From NCBI GenBank assembly GCA_964570675.1, contig CAZMZS010000001.1, forward strand, positions 3,770 to 67,769: DNA of 64,000 nt, read 5' to 3'. Below, one piece after another: positions 63,734 through 64,000 of this stretch. The notes beneath the pieces are model-generated. The model saw only the letters and a list, made by a program, of their open reading frames with translations. It did no database searches and was not told the DNA's origin. How positions within the stretch are numbered: the stretch's first letter is position 1; the number at the start of each line of letters is the position of its first letter. Source of the stretch: an uncultured Roseovarius sp. Its GTDB lineage: Bacteria > Pseudomonadota > Alphaproteobacteria > Rhodobacterales > Rhodobacteraceae. The position numbers and the translations under genes are program-made.

Positions 63734-64000
63734 TCACCGGAAAAGGGAGAAGTCGCGCCCGATGCGCACAAAGACCGACGTGGAGTCCGAAGTGCCGATG
63801 AGGTCCTCATCGCGAACACGATAGGCGACGCCGGTCCTGAGCGACCAATCGGGTGTCAGGGCGTAATTGTAGCTGGCGGTCAAATCCGTGCGCCGGGTGT
63901 CGTTCGACGTTGCCTCGTCTTCCGAGAGGCCAAAGGAAGCATCGAAACCAAGGCTTGAAACGGCATTGATTTCATATACATATCCGAAATTCGCGGTCGT
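63734..64000 (-). CDS. C-terminal 88 aa of a probable outer-membrane beta-barrel protein; 5' end outside the window; absent from the ORF track
   Basis: Manual translation TTANFGYVYEINAVSSLGFDASFG...LTASYNYALTPDWSLRTGVAYR...SVFVRIGRDFSLFR* with amphipathic strands. Confidence 0.75.
   Translation of the reverse strand, partial: TTANFGYVYEINAVSSLGFDASFGLSEDEATSNDTRRTDLTASYNYALTPDWSLRTGVAYRVRDEDLIGTSDSTSVFVRIGRDFSLFR

Overview
GC-rich alphaproteobacterial chromosome. Gene content and order suggest Rhodobacterales of the roseobacter group (inference). Most of the window is conserved housekeeping DNA: thiN, sdaA, rpiA-gor, hflKC-degP, rbfA-truB, dapB, rsmB-purH-lspA, an M16 peptidase pair, rpsT-dnaA-dnaN-recF-gyrB, mutM, ubiEB, tRNA-Thr, hemD-mic60-hemY, tsaD-gpsA-yciI-EVE and ahcY. 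There are two accessory envelope segments. The first (39.1-47.9 kb) holds yjbH/yjbF, a YjbE-like microprotein, a kinase, a flagellar remnant and a methyltransferase. The second (57.4-64 kb) holds a PPP phosphatase, a type I secretion system, a rhomboid and a beta-barrel. The most notable observations are: (1) an apparent deletion scar at 46811-46813 that removed most of a flagellar cluster and joined the presumed flagellin leader and start codon to the antisense strand of a 32-codon motB stub, giving a new 46-codon ORF; (2) an unannotated ~100-nt sRNA candidate with its own promoter and terminator at 54508-54610; (3) an ALDH16-type protein lacking its catalytic cysteine; (4) a YjbH/YjbF/microprotein module; (5) a composite palindromic repeat next to rpsT. 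All family calls come from motif recognition; no database searches were run.
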